Assembly (NCBI GenBank): GCA_038206945.1
Contig: JBBRAG010000015.1
Location: forward strand, 8,617 to 72,616
Length of the DNA: 64,000 bases
DNA from: Bacteroidia bacterium
GTDB taxonomy: Bacteria > Bacteroidota > Bacteroidia > B-17B0 > Aurantibacillaceae
Direction: 5' to 3'
Part shown: positions 28,310-38,857 of the stretch, piece by piece
Layout of the letters: the number at the start of each line of letters is the position of its first letter
Numbering within the stretch: the stretch's first letter is position 1
Translations under genes and position numbers: made by a program
Notes under the pieces: generated by a model
What the model saw: the letters and a program-made list of their open reading frames with translations, nothing else
Database searches by the model: none
Told to the model about the DNA's origin: nothing

Positions 28310-28385
28310 CTTAAATTTAAACATGCAAGATACTAAATTTTGAATTTACCGCCAAATTATTGTTTTTTATCTTATTTTTGAACAG

Positions 28386-29438
28386 ATGATTAAGAACGAT
28401 TTGTTATTGCGTGCTGCCAAAGGTGAAGATGTTGAACGTGCGCCGGTGTGGCTTATGCGCCAAGCAGGTAGAGTTTTACCCGAATACAGAGCTGTTAGAG
28501 CGCAAACCAAAAACTTTATAGAATTTGTAAAAAACCCGGCGTTAGCTGCCGAAGTTACCGTGCAACCAATTGATATTTTAGGAGTTGATGCAGCTATTAT
28601 TTTTTCGGATATATTAGTAATACCTGAAGCCATGGGCTTGCCATATCAAATGATTGAAGCTAAAGGTCCTTGGTTTGAAAAAACCATTGTTACTAAAACA
28701 GACGTCGATAATTTAATCGTTACCGACGGAAGCAATTTACAATATGTATATGATGCTATTCGTTTAGCCAAAAAGGAATTAGATAATCGCGTGCCTTTAA
28801 TTGGTTTTTGCGGCGCCCCCTGGACTTTATTAGCTTACATGGTTGAAGGCAGCGGAAGCAAAACATTTAGCAAAGCCAAAAAGTTTTTATACACACAACC
28901 AAAACTGGCGCATCAAACGTTGGAGAAAATTGCACAAAGCAGCATAAACTATTTATTGGCGCAGGCTGAAGCCGGAGCTGATTTGATACAAATTTTTGAT
29001 TCGTGGGCGGGTGTTTTATCTCCCGAAATGCACAAAGAATTTTCGTTGAAATATATGGAAATGATTTGTGATGAAGTTAGCAAAAAAGTGCCGGTTACCA
29101 TTTTTGCAAAAGACGCGCATTTTGCTTTACCTGAAATTAAAAACACATCGTGCAGCGTAATAGGGCTTGATTGGAGCGTTAACCCACAGGAAGTCAGAAA
29201 AATTATTAGCAACAAAACCTTACAAGGCAATGCCGACCCATGTTTACTTTATGCAGATTACGATGAAATAGAAAAACAAACCAAACAAATGCTTAACGCT
29301 TTTGGAAAAGATAGATACATTGCCAATTTAGGCCATGGTTTATACCCTGATACCGAAAAAGAAAAAGTAAAGTTTTTTGTAGATTGCATAAAAAAACACC
29401 AATACACTAAAACCCCTGCCGATAAGGTACATGCGTAA
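28386..29438 (+). CDS. hemE: uroporphyrinogen decarboxylase
   Basis: [38 protein letters not shown]. Confidence 0.97.
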   Translation: MIKNDLLLRAAKGEDVERAPVWLMRQAGRVLPEYRAVRAQTKNFIEFVKNPALAAEVTVQPIDILGVDAAIIFSDILVIPEAMGLPYQMIEAKGPWFEKTIVTKTDVDNLIVTDGSNLQYVYDAIRLAKKELDNRVPLIGFCGAPWTLLAYMVEGSGSKTFSKAKKFLYTQPKLAHQTLEKIAQSSINYLLAQAEAGADLIQIFDSWAGVLSPEMHKEFSLKYMEMICDEVSKKVPVTIFAKDAHFALPEIKNTSCSVIGLDWSVNPQEVRKIISNKTLQGNADPCLLYADYDEIEKQTKQMLNAFGKDRYIANLGHGLYPDTEKEKVKFFVDCIKKHQYTKTPADKVHA

Positions 29439-32400
29439 ACTTTGGCTACATATTATTTTATTAGTTTTAGCCACAGCGGGGTTTTCTCAAACCTATGATT
29501 TTAAAAATTACAATGTTGAGGATGGCTTAGCGCAATCGCAGGTTAATTGCATCTTTCAGGATACTAAGGGTTATATGTGGTTTGGCACTAATGATGGCGG
29601 GGTTTCTAGGTATGACGGTAGAACATTTAAAAATTTTTCTACCGGAAATGGTTTTATCAGCAACACGATTTTTTCTATTGATGAAGATAAAAACCAAACG
29701 CTTTATTTTGCTACTTACAATGGTTTACAAATAAAAGGCAGGTTTACAAATGTTTTTATTGATACTTCAAAAGGCCTGCCCACCAATACTGTTTACAATG
29801 TTTTAATAGATAACGCGCAAACGGTTTGGCTTGGTTCTCAAAAAGGAGTTTATTTTTTATCCACTGATAATAAAGCAGTAAAATTAACAGGCAATAAACT
29901 TTTAGAGAGCTCGGCGGTATTTAAAATTTATCAGGATAATGAAGGTAATTTTTGGTTTGGCACCATACAAAATGGCGCTTGCTGTTATAATCCAACATCC
30001 AAAAATTATACCTGGTATAATCAATCAAAAGGATTGAAAGAAAATTTTATTCGTTCTTTTAACGAAGACAGTAAGGGCAATATTTATATAGGTACCATTG
30101 CAGGTTTATTTAGGGTTAATGAAGATAAAAAAATAAGCCTTGTACCCATACCCGAACTTGCAATAGAAAATATGGCAATTACCGGCATAAGCAAGGATAA
30201 AAAAAATATTTTGTGGCTGGCTTCTAACGAAGGTGTAGTAAAATTTGATGGGCGTAACGTACAAAAATTTATTGTGAATAATGGTTTATGCGGCAACCTC
30301 ATTCTTTCATCCTACATAGATAAAGAGGGTAACTTATGGTTGGGATCCGATGGTTTTGGTGTAAGTAAATTAAGCTCAGAAGCACTTATTAACTACAGCG
30401 AAAAAGATGGCTTACCAGGCGATTATATTAATAGTGTTTACCAAACCCGCGATAATAAATATTGGATTGGTATGCGCAACAATGGTTTGTTATGTATGCA
30501 CGGCAAAGAAAGAACGCAGTATATCATCAACATAAAAAACCCAAAAGTAAGCTTGATAGATAATACTGTTAATTGTATGGCGCAGGATAAAGAGGGTAAA
30601 CTTTGGGTAGGCACCATGGCGGGCTTAAGTATCTTTACCGATAATAAATTTACTAATTACTGGGCCGATAGCGAGTTTGAAACCATTTATTCTATCTATC
30701 ATAGTGAAAAGGGTACGCATTTTATGGGTACTGTAAATGGTTTAGTTGTTTTTAGCGAAGACGGAAAAAAAGAACCTGTTGAGATGGTTAATAAAATTAA
30801 GGCCGCCGCAGATCTTGCTATTTATAATATAGCAGAAGATAACGCGCATAATTTATGGTTAGCAACCGCCAGTTATGGAGCAATTAAGTACGACGGTAAA
30901 TCGGTAGAGATATTTAACGCAAAAAATAAATTCACTAATAAATCGGTTTATAATGTTACAAAAGATAAAAACGGTAACTTATGGTTTGGTACCGAAGAAG
31001 GTGTTTTTTATTTTAACCACAAAACTTTTGTAAACATAAGTGAGAAAGATGGCCTGATATCTAACCAAGCTTATTTTTTAGTTTTCGACGACCAAAATCG
31101 TTTATGGATAGGCACCAACAAAGGTATAGATGCTTTGCAGGTAAATGAATTTATCTCAAGCGGAAAAATAGAAATTAAACACTACGGCAAAGATGAAGGC
31201 TTAAAAGGATTGGAGTGTAATATGAATTCTGCTATAAAAGATCATGAAGGTAAAATGTGGTTTGGTGGTGTAAAAGGCGTTACAGTTTTTAATCCTCGCT
31301 TCGAAAAAATAAATTATCAAGAACCTTCTTGTTTAATTACCGACATTAAAATATTTTTTGATAAAGCCGATCTTTCCCAATATGCCTCTGGTGTTGATTC
31401 TTTATCTGGGCTGCCTCTAAATTTAAAATTACCGTACAGCAAAAATCACGTAACAATAGATTATATCGGCATCTCGCAAACCAATCCTGATAAAGTAAAA
31501 TATCAATTTAAACTAGACGGCGTGGATGTTGATTGGGTGCCGCTAACATCAAAAACAGAGGTTACTTACTCATCACTTCAGCCGGGCAATTATACTTTTC
31601 ATTTAAAAGCCATGAATAACGATGCGTTTTGGAACAAAATACCTTTAGAATATAAATTTACTGTATTGCCGCCTTGGTATCGTACTTGGTGGTTTTACAC
31701 ATTTTGTGGCCTTGTTGTAATTGCTTCGGTATATGGGTACAACTCTTACAAAACAAAAAAATTATATGCCGATAAAGTTAAGCTTGAAAAACAAGTAGCA
31801 TCTCGAACAAGAGAGCTTCGCGAAGAAAAACAAAAGGTAGAACTCATCAACAAAGAAGTTATCGAACAAAAAGCAACCATCGAGCATAAAAATTTAGAAA
31901 TGACGGATAGTATTAAGTATGCCAAAAACATACAAGAAGCCTTGTTACCCGATATTACTAATTTACAAAAAGATTTTCCCGAATCGTTTGTATTATATAT
32001 GCCGAAAGATATTGTGAGCGGAGATTTTTATTGGTTTGCTAACCGAGATGGAAAGAACCTTTTTGCCGCAGCAGATTGTACCGGGCATGGTGTGCCGGGC
32101 GCTTTTATGAGTATTATCGGTAATTCATTGTTGAATGAGATCATTGGCGAGCAACACATTTATCAGCCTGCTGAAATTTTAAATCATTTACATGTTGGGG
32201 TTAAAACGGCGCTTAACCAAAATAAAGGCGAGTTTGAAAGACGCGACGGAATGGACATTGCCCTTTGTTCTTTTAATAAAGAAAACTTAACGCTTGATTA
32301 TGCTGGCGCCAATCGCGCCTTATGGATCTATAGAAAAGATACTACTGATAAGGCAGAAATAATTAAGCCGGATAAATTCCCTATTGGGGGTTTGGAGTTT

Positions 32401-32667
32401 GAATTTGAAGATAAACGCCGCTTTACCAATCATACGGTTCAATTGCAAAAAGGCGATTGCGTATATATTTTTTCTGATGGATACGCCGATCAATTTGGTG
32501 GCGAAAAAGGAAAGAAATTTATGGTAGCTAACCTGCAACGTACCTTTGCAGAAATAACTCATTTACCTATGCAGGAACAATATAGGCATTTACATAAAGT
32601 ATTTGCCAAATGGCGCGGCAATTACGAGCAAATTGATGATGTTTTGGTTATTGGCGTTAGGGTTTAA
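29431..32667 (+). CDS. membrane sensor: two-component propeller + Y_Y_Y + SpoIIE/PP2C phosphatase
   Basis: DGL..N.V..I..D..G..W repeats, L.PGNYTF, one [39 protein letters not shown]. Confidence 0.9.
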   Translation: MRKLWLHIILLVLATAGFSQTYDFKNYNVEDGLAQSQVNCIFQDTKGYMWFGTNDGGVSRYDGRTFKNFSTGNGFISNTIFSIDEDKNQTLYFATYNGLQIKGRFTNVFIDTSKGLPTNTVYNVLIDNAQTVWLGSQKGVYFLSTDNKAVKLTGNKLLESSAVFKIYQDNEGNFWFGTIQNGACCYNPTSKNYTWYNQSKGLKENFIRSFNEDSKGNIYIGTIAGLFRVNEDKKISLVPIPELAIENMAITGISKDKKNILWLASNEGVVKFDGRNVQKFIVNNGLCGNLILSSYIDKEGNLWLGSDGFGVSKLSSEALINYSEKDGLPGDYINSVYQTRDNKYWIGMRNNGLLCMHGKERTQYIINIKNPKVSLIDNTVNCMAQDKEGKLWVGTMAGLSIFTDNKFTNYWADSEFETIYSIYHSEKGTHFMGTVNGLVVFSEDGKKEPVEMVNKIKAAADLAIYNIAEDNAHNLWLATASYGAIKYDGKSVEIFNAKNKFTNKSVYNVTKDKNGNLWFGTEEGVFYFNHKTFVNISEKDGLISNQAYFLVFDDQNRLWIGTNKGIDALQVNEFISSGKIEIKHYGKDEGLKGLECNMNSAIKDHEGKMWFGGVKGVTVFNPRFEKINYQEPSCLITDIKIFFDKADLSQYASGVDSLSGLPLNLKLPYSKNHVTIDYIGISQTNPDKVKYQFKLDGVDVDWVPLTSKTEVTYSSLQPGNYTFHLKAMNNDAFWNKIPLEYKFTVLPPWYRTWWFYTFCGLVVIASVYGYNSYKTKKLYADKVKLEKQVASRTRELREEKQKVELINKEVIEQKATIEHKNLEMTDSIKYAKNIQEALLPDITNLQKDFPESFVLYMPKDIVSGDFYWFANRDGKNLFAAADCTGHGVPGAFMSIIGNSLLNEIIGEQHIYQPAEILNHLHVGVKTALNQNKGEFERRDGMDIALCSFNKENLTLDYAGANRALWIYRKDTTDKAEIIKPDKFPIGGLEFEFEDKRRFTNHTVQLQKGDCVYIFSDGYADQFGGEKGKKFMVANLQRTFAEITHLPMQEQYRHLHKVFAKWRGNYEQIDDVLVIGVRV

Positions 32668-32741
32668 TTATAATTAGTCTAATCTGGTCTTAAAAAAGAA
32701 ATAAATTGTCTAATAAGTTAGCATTTAACCAAATGAGATGC

Positions 32742-32749
32742 TAAATTTG
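32742..32749 (+). promoter_or_regulatory. -7 box TAAATTTG for nuo operon
   Basis: TAnnTTTG 25 nt before the nuoA ATG. Confidence 0.6.
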
Positions 32750-32774
32750 CGTGCGTATTTTAAACTTGTAAATA

Positions 32775-33143
32775 ATGAATAGCACCCCTCTTGATTATCT
32801 ACCCATTGTTTTAATGTTTATTGTGGCCGCAGGTTTTGTGGTTTTTACCATGGTTTTAACCCATTCTATAGGGCCAAAACGCAAAACAAAAATTAAGCTA
32901 GATACCTTTGAGTGCGGCATAGAATCTAAAGAAAACGCACGTATGCCCTTTTCTATTAAATATTTTTTAGTAGCCATTTTATTTGTTTTGTTTGATGTTG
33001 AGGTAATATTTATGTACCCATGGGCGGTTAATTTTAAAGAATTAGGTATTGTAGGCATTATAGAAATGTTTTCGTTTGTAATATTGTTATTGGTTGGCTT
33101 TTATTACATGATTGCCAAAAAGGCACTTACTTGGGAAGATTAA
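32775..33143 (+). CDS. nuoA: NADH-quinone oxidoreductase subunit A
   Basis: FECG, YFLVAILFVLFDVEVIFMYPWA. Confidence 0.96.
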   Translation: MNSTPLDYLPIVLMFIVAAGFVVFTMVLTHSIGPKRKTKIKLDTFECGIESKENARMPFSIKYFLVAILFVLFDVEVIFMYPWAVNFKELGIVGIIEMFSFVILLLVGFYYMIAKKALTWED

Positions 33144-33144
33144 T

Positions 33145-33212
33145 ATAGCGAATAGTTAATAGCGAGTAGGGAACAGCCCAATAACTATTAACTAATACCT
33201 ATTAACTGATTA
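33145..33212. repeat. heptamer-periodic inverted repeat in nuoA-nuoB spacer
   Basis: ATAGCGA ATAGTTA ATAGCGA GTAGGGA ... CCAATAA CTATTAA CTAATAC CTATTAA CTGATTA. Confidence 0.75.
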
Positions 33213-33215
33213 AAA

Positions 33216-33779
33216 ATGAGTAAAGAAATTATAAAAAGAACAAAATTAGAAATAGCCAAAAGCCCTGAAGGACTTGAAGGACCGGGTTTCTTCGCTACAA
33301 AATTAGAAGATGTAATTGGTCTTGCGCGCGCTAACTCACTTTGGCCGCTACCTTTTGCAACATCTTGTTGCGGTATAGAATTTATGGCTACCATGGCATC
33401 TCATTACGATTTAGCCCGTTTTGGTATGGAACGTTTAAGTTTCTCTCCTCGTCAGGCAGATTTGTTAATGGTTATGGGCACTATTGCTAAAAAAATGGGT
33501 CCAACTTTGCGCCAGGTTTACGAGCAAATGGCCGAACCACGTTGGGTTCTTTCAATGGGTGCTTGCGCCAGCAGCGGTGGTATTTTTGATACATACAGCG
33601 TTTTACAAGGTATCGATCGTATTATTCCGGTTGATGTTTACATTCCCGGTTGCCCTCCTCGCCCGGAACAAGTTATTGATGGCATTTTAAAAATTCAGGA
33701 ATTAGCTAAAAACGAATCATTACGTCGCAGAAATTCTCCCGAATATCAGCACTTAATGACCAGTTACGGAATGGAATAA
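33216..33779 (+). CDS. nuoB: NADH-quinone oxidoreductase subunit B
   Basis: TSCCGIE, SPRQAD, MGACA, PGCPPRPE. Confidence 0.97.
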   Translation: MSKEIIKRTKLEIAKSPEGLEGPGFFATKLEDVIGLARANSLWPLPFATSCCGIEFMATMASHYDLARFGMERLSFSPRQADLLMVMGTIAKKMGPTLRQVYEQMAEPRWVLSMGACASSGGIFDTYSVLQGIDRIIPVDVYIPGCPPRPEQVIDGILKIQELAKNESLRRRNSPEYQHLMTSYGME

Positions 33780-33823
33780 ATATAAAAATTCTAAAAAAAG
33801 AATTCTAAATCCTAAACAGAAAA

Positions 33824-34324
33824 ATGAACGAAGAACTATTAAATAAAGTAAACGCAAAACTACACGATCATTTTAATGGAAGCATTGAAAGTGCCGAATT
33901 GTTGTATGATTATCCTGTTTTTACCATCAACAAAGAAAAAATTCACGAAGTTTTAAAATTCTTAAAAGAAGATACTGATTTAAATTTCCATTTCTTGACA
34001 GATTTAACCGGCATGCAAACTGCTGATGAAAAACATTTAGGTGCCATTTATCATTTACACAACCTGCAAAAAAATTACCGCATACGTGTAAAATCATTCT
34101 TCCCAATGAGCAACCCCGAAATACCTACCGCTACTGATTTGTGGCCTTCTGCCAATTGGATGGAACGCGAAACATTCGATTTTTATGGCATTAAATTTAT
34201 GGGGCACCCTAACTTAAAACGTATTTTAAATGTAGACGAAATGGATATTTTTCCGTTGAGAAAAGAGTATCCGTTAGAAGATCAAACAAGACAAGATAAG
34301 AGTGATAAAATGTTTGGACGTTAA
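33824..34324 (+). CDS. nuoC: NADH-quinone oxidoreductase subunit C
   Basis: W.ERETFDFYGI.F.GHPNL.RI, FPLRKEYPL. Confidence 0.96.
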   Translation: MNEELLNKVNAKLHDHFNGSIESAELLYDYPVFTINKEKIHEVLKFLKEDTDLNFHFLTDLTGMQTADEKHLGAIYHLHNLQKNYRIRVKSFFPMSNPEIPTATDLWPSANWMERETFDFYGIKFMGHPNLKRILNVDEMDIFPLRKEYPLEDQTRQDKSDKMFGR

Positions 34325-34335
34325 TTGTATTTGTA

Positions 34336-35553
34336 ATGAGCAAAAAAGAAAATAAAGTTCCAGCTACGCCTCCGGCAGATACGATTGAGAAAGAATATTC
34401 TACGCTTAACCTTGGGCCTACACACCCTGCTACCCACGGAATTTTTCAGAACGTATTAAAAATGGACGGCGAAATTATTCATGATGCCGTTTCAACTATT
34501 GGCTACATACACCGTGCTTTCGAAAAATTGGCAGAACGTCGCCCGTATGCACAAATTACTACCCTTACAGATAGAATGAATTACTGCTCATCGCCCATTA
34601 ACAACATGGGTTGGCACATGACAGTAGAAAAATTAATTAAAGCAGAATTGCCAAAGCGTGCAGAATATATGCGCGTTATCATTATGGAACTTTCTCGTAT
34701 TTCAGATCATATTATTTGCAATACCATCATTGGGCAAGATACCGGCGCTACAACGGGTTTCTTGTATTTGTTTCAATGGAGAGAAAAAATTTACGACATA
34801 TTTGAAGACATTTGCGGTGCTCGTTTAACGACGAATATTGGTCGTATTGGCGGTTTTGATAGAGATTTCCCGGCAAAAACTTGGGATAAAATTCGTACCT
34901 TTATTAAAGATTATCCAAAGGCATTAACCGAGTTTTCTAACCTCTTAGAACGCAATAAAATTTTTATGGATCGAACTATTAAGTGCGGACCAATTTCTGC
35001 CGAAAGGGCTTTAGAATACAGCTTTACAGGCCCTAACTTACGTGCCGCCGGTGTTGATTACGATGTGCGCGTTATGAATCCATATTCATCGTATCAAGAT
35101 TTTGATTTTATTGTTCCGGTTGGAACGCAAGGAGATACGTATGATCGTTTTATGGTTCGCCAGGAAGAAATGTGGCAATCCTTAAAAATTATTGATCAAG
35201 CATTGAAAAATATGCCCCATGGTGCTACACACGCTAACATTCCAGATTTTTTCCTTCCTCCAAAAGAAGAAGTATATAACAACATGGAAGCATTAATCTA
35301 TCACTTTAAAATTGTGATGGGCGAAACTGATGTTCCTAAAGGAGAAATTTATCATTGCGTGGAAGGTGGCAATGGCGAGTTAGGTTTTTATTTAATTAGC
35401 GATGGTGGAAGAACACCGTTCCGCTTGCATTTCCGCAGGCCATGTTTTATTTATTACCAAGCATATCCCGAAATGATAAAAGGCGGCATGTTAAGCGACG
35501 CAATTTTAACAATGAGTAGTATGAACGTTATTGCAGGAGAATTGGATGCGTAA
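34336..35553 (+). CDS. nuoD: NADH-quinone oxidoreductase subunit D
   Basis: LNLGPTHPATHG, GYIHRAFEK, GELG, GELDA C-terminus. Confidence 0.97.
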   Translation: MSKKENKVPATPPADTIEKEYSTLNLGPTHPATHGIFQNVLKMDGEIIHDAVSTIGYIHRAFEKLAERRPYAQITTLTDRMNYCSSPINNMGWHMTVEKLIKAELPKRAEYMRVIIMELSRISDHIICNTIIGQDTGATTGFLYLFQWREKIYDIFEDICGARLTTNIGRIGGFDRDFPAKTWDKIRTFIKDYPKALTEFSNLLERNKIFMDRTIKCGPISAERALEYSFTGPNLRAAGVDYDVRVMNPYSSYQDFDFIVPVGTQGDTYDRFMVRQEEMWQSLKIIDQALKNMPHGATHANIPDFFLPPKEEVYNNMEALIYHFKIVMGETDVPKGEIYHCVEGGNGELGFYLISDGGRTPFRLHFRRPCFIYYQAYPEMIKGGMLSDAILTMSSMNVIAGELDA

Positions 35554-35556
35554 AAA

Positions 35557-35862
35557 ATGAGCGAAAAAGAAAGCAACATATTAAAAAACATTAAACAAAA
35601 ATTAACCTCATTTGATAACACGGCAACGGTTATGCTGTTTGGTTCTCGCGCAAAAGGAAATTATAAAGACGAATCTGATTGGGATATTTTAATTTTAGTA
35701 AACAAAAAAGAAGTTATAAATAGTATAAAAGAGGAAATATTAAACATTGAAATTGAGTTTGAAATTTGTGTTCACGCATTAATTTTTGAAGTAAAAGATT
35801 GGGAAGAAAAAGCAATAATGCCGTTGTATAAAAGCGTTAAAACAGACGGAGTTTTAATATAA
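35557..35862 (+). CDS. minimal nucleotidyltransferase (MNT antitoxin)
   Basis: LFGSRAKG....SDWDI (GS-x10-DxD). Confidence 0.9.
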   Translation: MSEKESNILKNIKQKLTSFDNTATVMLFGSRAKGNYKDESDWDILILVNKKEVINSIKEEILNIEIEFEICVHALIFEVKDWEEKAIMPLYKSVKTDGVLI

Positions 35863-36251
35863 TGTACACCAAACAAGATTTGATAAACTATAGAATTGAA
35901 AAAGCCATAGATGCCCATAAAGATGCAGAAATATTATTCAACCATAAAAGTTATCAATCATGCGCCAATAGGTTATATTACGCGTTGTACTACATTATAT
36001 CAGCTCATTTAATAAAATTAAATTTTGAACCAAAATTGCACGCAGGAATAAAAATTTTATTTCATAAAGAATTAATAAAAACATAAATAATAGAAAAAAA
36101 TGTAGCCGTAGTTTTTGAAAAATTATTTAATTTGAGGAATGATGCAGATTATATAGATTTTATAGTTGTAGAAGAAAAAGATGCTATTGATTTAGTACCT
36201 AAAACAAAAGAAATAATTGAGGTAATGAAAAATAAATTTTTAACCGAGTAG
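35862..36251 (+). pseudogene. HEPN domain protein (UPF0332-like) with in-frame TAA at 36084-36086
   Basis: NRLYYA.Y N-terminal motif; frame continues after TAA as IIEKNVAVVFEKLFNLRNDADYIDF...FLTE*, containing the R..ADY motif. Confidence 0.85.
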
Positions 36252-36274
36252 AATTTAGATATTTTTAAAAATAA

Positions 36275-36856
36275 ATGGGAGCACAAGTACACGGAACACA
36301 ACATTTTGACCAAGCTAAACGCGACGCACTAAAATTTAGTGATGCGGCTATGGCTACTGTGCAGGAAATGATGACACGCTATCCTGCGGGCAAACAAAAA
36401 TCGGCATTATTGCCTGTTTTGCACGTTGCACAAGCCGAATTTGGCGGCTGGCTTAGTCCGGAAGTGATGGATTATGTATCTTCTATCTTACACATTAAAC
36501 CTATCGAAGTTTACGAGGTTGCCTCTTTTTACAGCATGTACAACTTAAAACCAGTTGGTAAATGCACGTTCGAGGTTTGTCAAACAAGTTCTTGCTGGTT
36601 AAATGGTGCCGAAGATATTGTTCGTCATATCGAAAATAAATTAAATATTAAAGTTGGCGAAACTACTAAAGATGGTATGTTTACCTTAAAGGTTGCAGAA
36701 TGTTTAGGTTCTTGCGGAACAGCGCCCATGCTGCAATGCGGAGCTTCGTTTCACGAAAATTTGACACTTGAAAAGGTAGATACATTGATTGAGAATTATA
36801 AAAACGAAAATCGTTTAAGAAGTTATACGGATTTAGATTACCAAAACACAATATAA
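36275..36856 (+). CDS. nuoE: NADH-quinone oxidoreductase subunit E
   Basis: C-x4-C ... CLGSC 2Fe-2S motif, VASFYSMY. Confidence 0.96.
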   Translation: MGAQVHGTQHFDQAKRDALKFSDAAMATVQEMMTRYPAGKQKSALLPVLHVAQAEFGGWLSPEVMDYVSSILHIKPIEVYEVASFYSMYNLKPVGKCTFEVCQTSSCWLNGAEDIVRHIENKLNIKVGETTKDGMFTLKVAECLGSCGTAPMLQCGASFHENLTLEKVDTLIENYKNENRLRSYTDLDYQNTI

Positions 36857-36862
36857 TTTGTA

Positions 36863-38206
36863 ATGGGAAAGAAACTTTTAATACATAACGATCACGTTCC
36901 AAACATTCATACCTATGAAGTGTATCGTGCACACGGCGGTTATGCTTCGGTTGAGAAAGCTTTAAAAACAATGAAACCAGATCAGGTTACCGATGAGGTA
37001 AAAAAATCTGGCCTGCGTGGCCGTGGTGGCGCAGGTTTCCCAACGGGATTAAAGTGGAGCTTTTTAGCAAAGCCCGAAGGTGTTGCACGTTACTTAGTTT
37101 GCAATGCCGATGAATCTGAACCGGGTACGTTTAAAGATCGCTACCTAATGGAGCGCCATCCGCATGCGTTGATAGAAGGAATGATTACTTCTTCTTACGC
37201 ATTGGGTGCAAAAACTTGTTATATCTACATTCGCGGAGAATATTTTTATGTAGCCCGTATTTTGGAAGCTGCTATTAAAGAAGTTTATGCGGCAGGTATG
37301 CTGGGCAAAAATATTTTAGGTACCGATTACGAATTAGATATGTATGTGCAGGTTGGTGCCGGTGCTTACATTTGCGGAGAAGAAACTGCTTTACTAGAAT
37401 CGTTAGAGGGTAAGCGTGGTAACCCGCGTATTAAGCCACCATTCCCGGCTGTGGCGGGTTTATATGGTTGCCCTACTGTTGTAAATAACGTGGAAACTAT
37501 TGCTGCTGTTGTGCCTATTATAAACATGGGTGGCGAAGAATACGCAAAAATTGGTATTGGAAAATCTACCGGAACAAAATTAATTTCTGCATCTGGTCAC
37601 ATTAATAAACCGGGTGTGTATGAAATTGAATTAGGTATTACGGTTGAAGATTTTATCTATAGTGAAGAATATTGCGGTGGCATTCGCAACGGTAAAAAAA
37701 TGAAAGCAGTTGTGGCAGGAGGTTCTTCGGTTCCTATTCTTCCAACTGATTTAATTTTAAAAACGGCTAAAGGCGAGCCTCGCTTAATGACTTACGAAAG
37801 TCTTGGTGATGGTGGCTTTCAAACAGGTACCATGTTAGGTTCGGGTGGTTTTATTGTAATGGATGAAGATACCAGCATTGTAAAAAACCTATACACATTT
37901 ACTCGTTTTTATCATCACGAATCTTGCGGACAATGTTCTCCTTGCCGTGAAGGAACGGGTTGGATGGAAAAAATATTACAGAAAATTTTAAGTGGAAAAG
38001 GATCAATAACTGATGTTGATTTGCTTTGGGATATACAAAGTAAAATTGAAGGAAAAACTATTTGTCCGTTAGGAGAAGCCGCTGCATGGCCTGTTGCTGC
38101 AGCTATTCGCCATTTCCGCGCCGAGTTTGAAGAATATGTAAAAAATCCAAACTCCATCAAAGACGTAAAACATTATTATCGTTTAAATAATTTAGTAGAA
38201 GCGTAA
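36863..38206 (+). CDS. nuoF: NADH-quinone oxidoreductase subunit F
   Basis: [41 protein letters not shown]. Confidence 0.97.
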   Translation: MGKKLLIHNDHVPNIHTYEVYRAHGGYASVEKALKTMKPDQVTDEVKKSGLRGRGGAGFPTGLKWSFLAKPEGVARYLVCNADESEPGTFKDRYLMERHPHALIEGMITSSYALGAKTCYIYIRGEYFYVARILEAAIKEVYAAGMLGKNILGTDYELDMYVQVGAGAYICGEETALLESLEGKRGNPRIKPPFPAVAGLYGCPTVVNNVETIAAVVPIINMGGEEYAKIGIGKSTGTKLISASGHINKPGVYEIELGITVEDFIYSEEYCGGIRNGKKMKAVVAGGSSVPILPTDLILKTAKGEPRLMTYESLGDGGFQTGTMLGSGGFIVMDEDTSIVKNLYTFTRFYHHESCGQCSPCREGTGWMEKILQKILSGKGSITDVDLLWDIQSKIEGKTICPLGEAAAWPVAAAIRHFRAEFEEYVKNPNSIKDVKHYYRLNNLVEA

Positions 38207-38514
38207 TGCTGTCGCCTATCATATCAACCAATATAAATCAAATAGCCAGTGTGTGCAAACAGCATCATGTAAAAGAGTTGTATGTTTTTGGCTCTGCGGC
38301 ACGTAATGAAATGAACGCTGAAAGTGATGTGGATTTTTTATATACCATGTATGAATTTCCAGTAGAAGAGTCTGCCGATAATTTTTTTGATCTGGCCGAA
38401 AAATTAGAAACATTATTAGGCCGAAAAGTTGACTTAGTTCCAGAAAAACATTTAATAAATAAATATTTCATTCGTGAGTTGAACGAAACACGTACTAAAA
38501 TATTTAATGGATAG
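38206..38514 (+). CDS. minimal nucleotidyltransferase (MntA-like antitoxin)
   Basis: VFGSAAR......SDVDF, LE.LLGRKVDLV. Confidence 0.9.
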   Translation: MLSPIISTNINQIASVCKQHHVKELYVFGSAARNEMNAESDVDFLYTMYEFPVEESADNFFDLAEKLETLLGRKVDLVPEKHLINKYFIRELNETRTKIFNG

Positions 38515-38857
38515 AAGTATCTTAAAATATTTAGAAGATATGCGATTTTCGATCACAGAAATTGACAGCTATTTTACTACTTATGAGAAGAAGTTTGAGG
38601 TATATGAGAACAACGCTATTTTAAGAAGCGCAATTGAAAAAAAATTAGAAATTTTTGGGGAAGCAGCTAATTGCATTTTAAAACAGGAGAAAGATATTGC
38701 CATTACAAATGTTAAAAGAATTGTTAGATTAAGAAATCGCATTATTCATAGCTATGATAGCGTTTCTAATTCGGAAATTTGGGCAATAATAATTAGAGAT
38801 TTACCTGTTCTTAAACAAGAGATTTTAGTAATTTTAGAAAAATATCCAGATGCCTAA
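38507..38857 (+). CDS. DUF86 / HepT-like HEPN ribonuclease toxin
   Basis: A.E..LEI.GEA, intact RNRIIH (R-x4-H), IW.II..DLP.L. Confidence 0.9.
   Translation: MDRSILKYLEDMRFSITEIDSYFTTYEKKFEVYENNAILRSAIEKKLEIFGEAANCILKQEKDIAITNVKRIVRLRNRIIHSYDSVSNSEIWAIIIRDLPVLKQEILVILEKYPDA

Noticed and set aside
26801-36086. Genome-wide stop-codon reassignment to explain the in-frame TAAs
   Set aside because: TAA terminates most conserved genes in the window (trxA, nuoA, nuoD, trxB) at their normal lengths.
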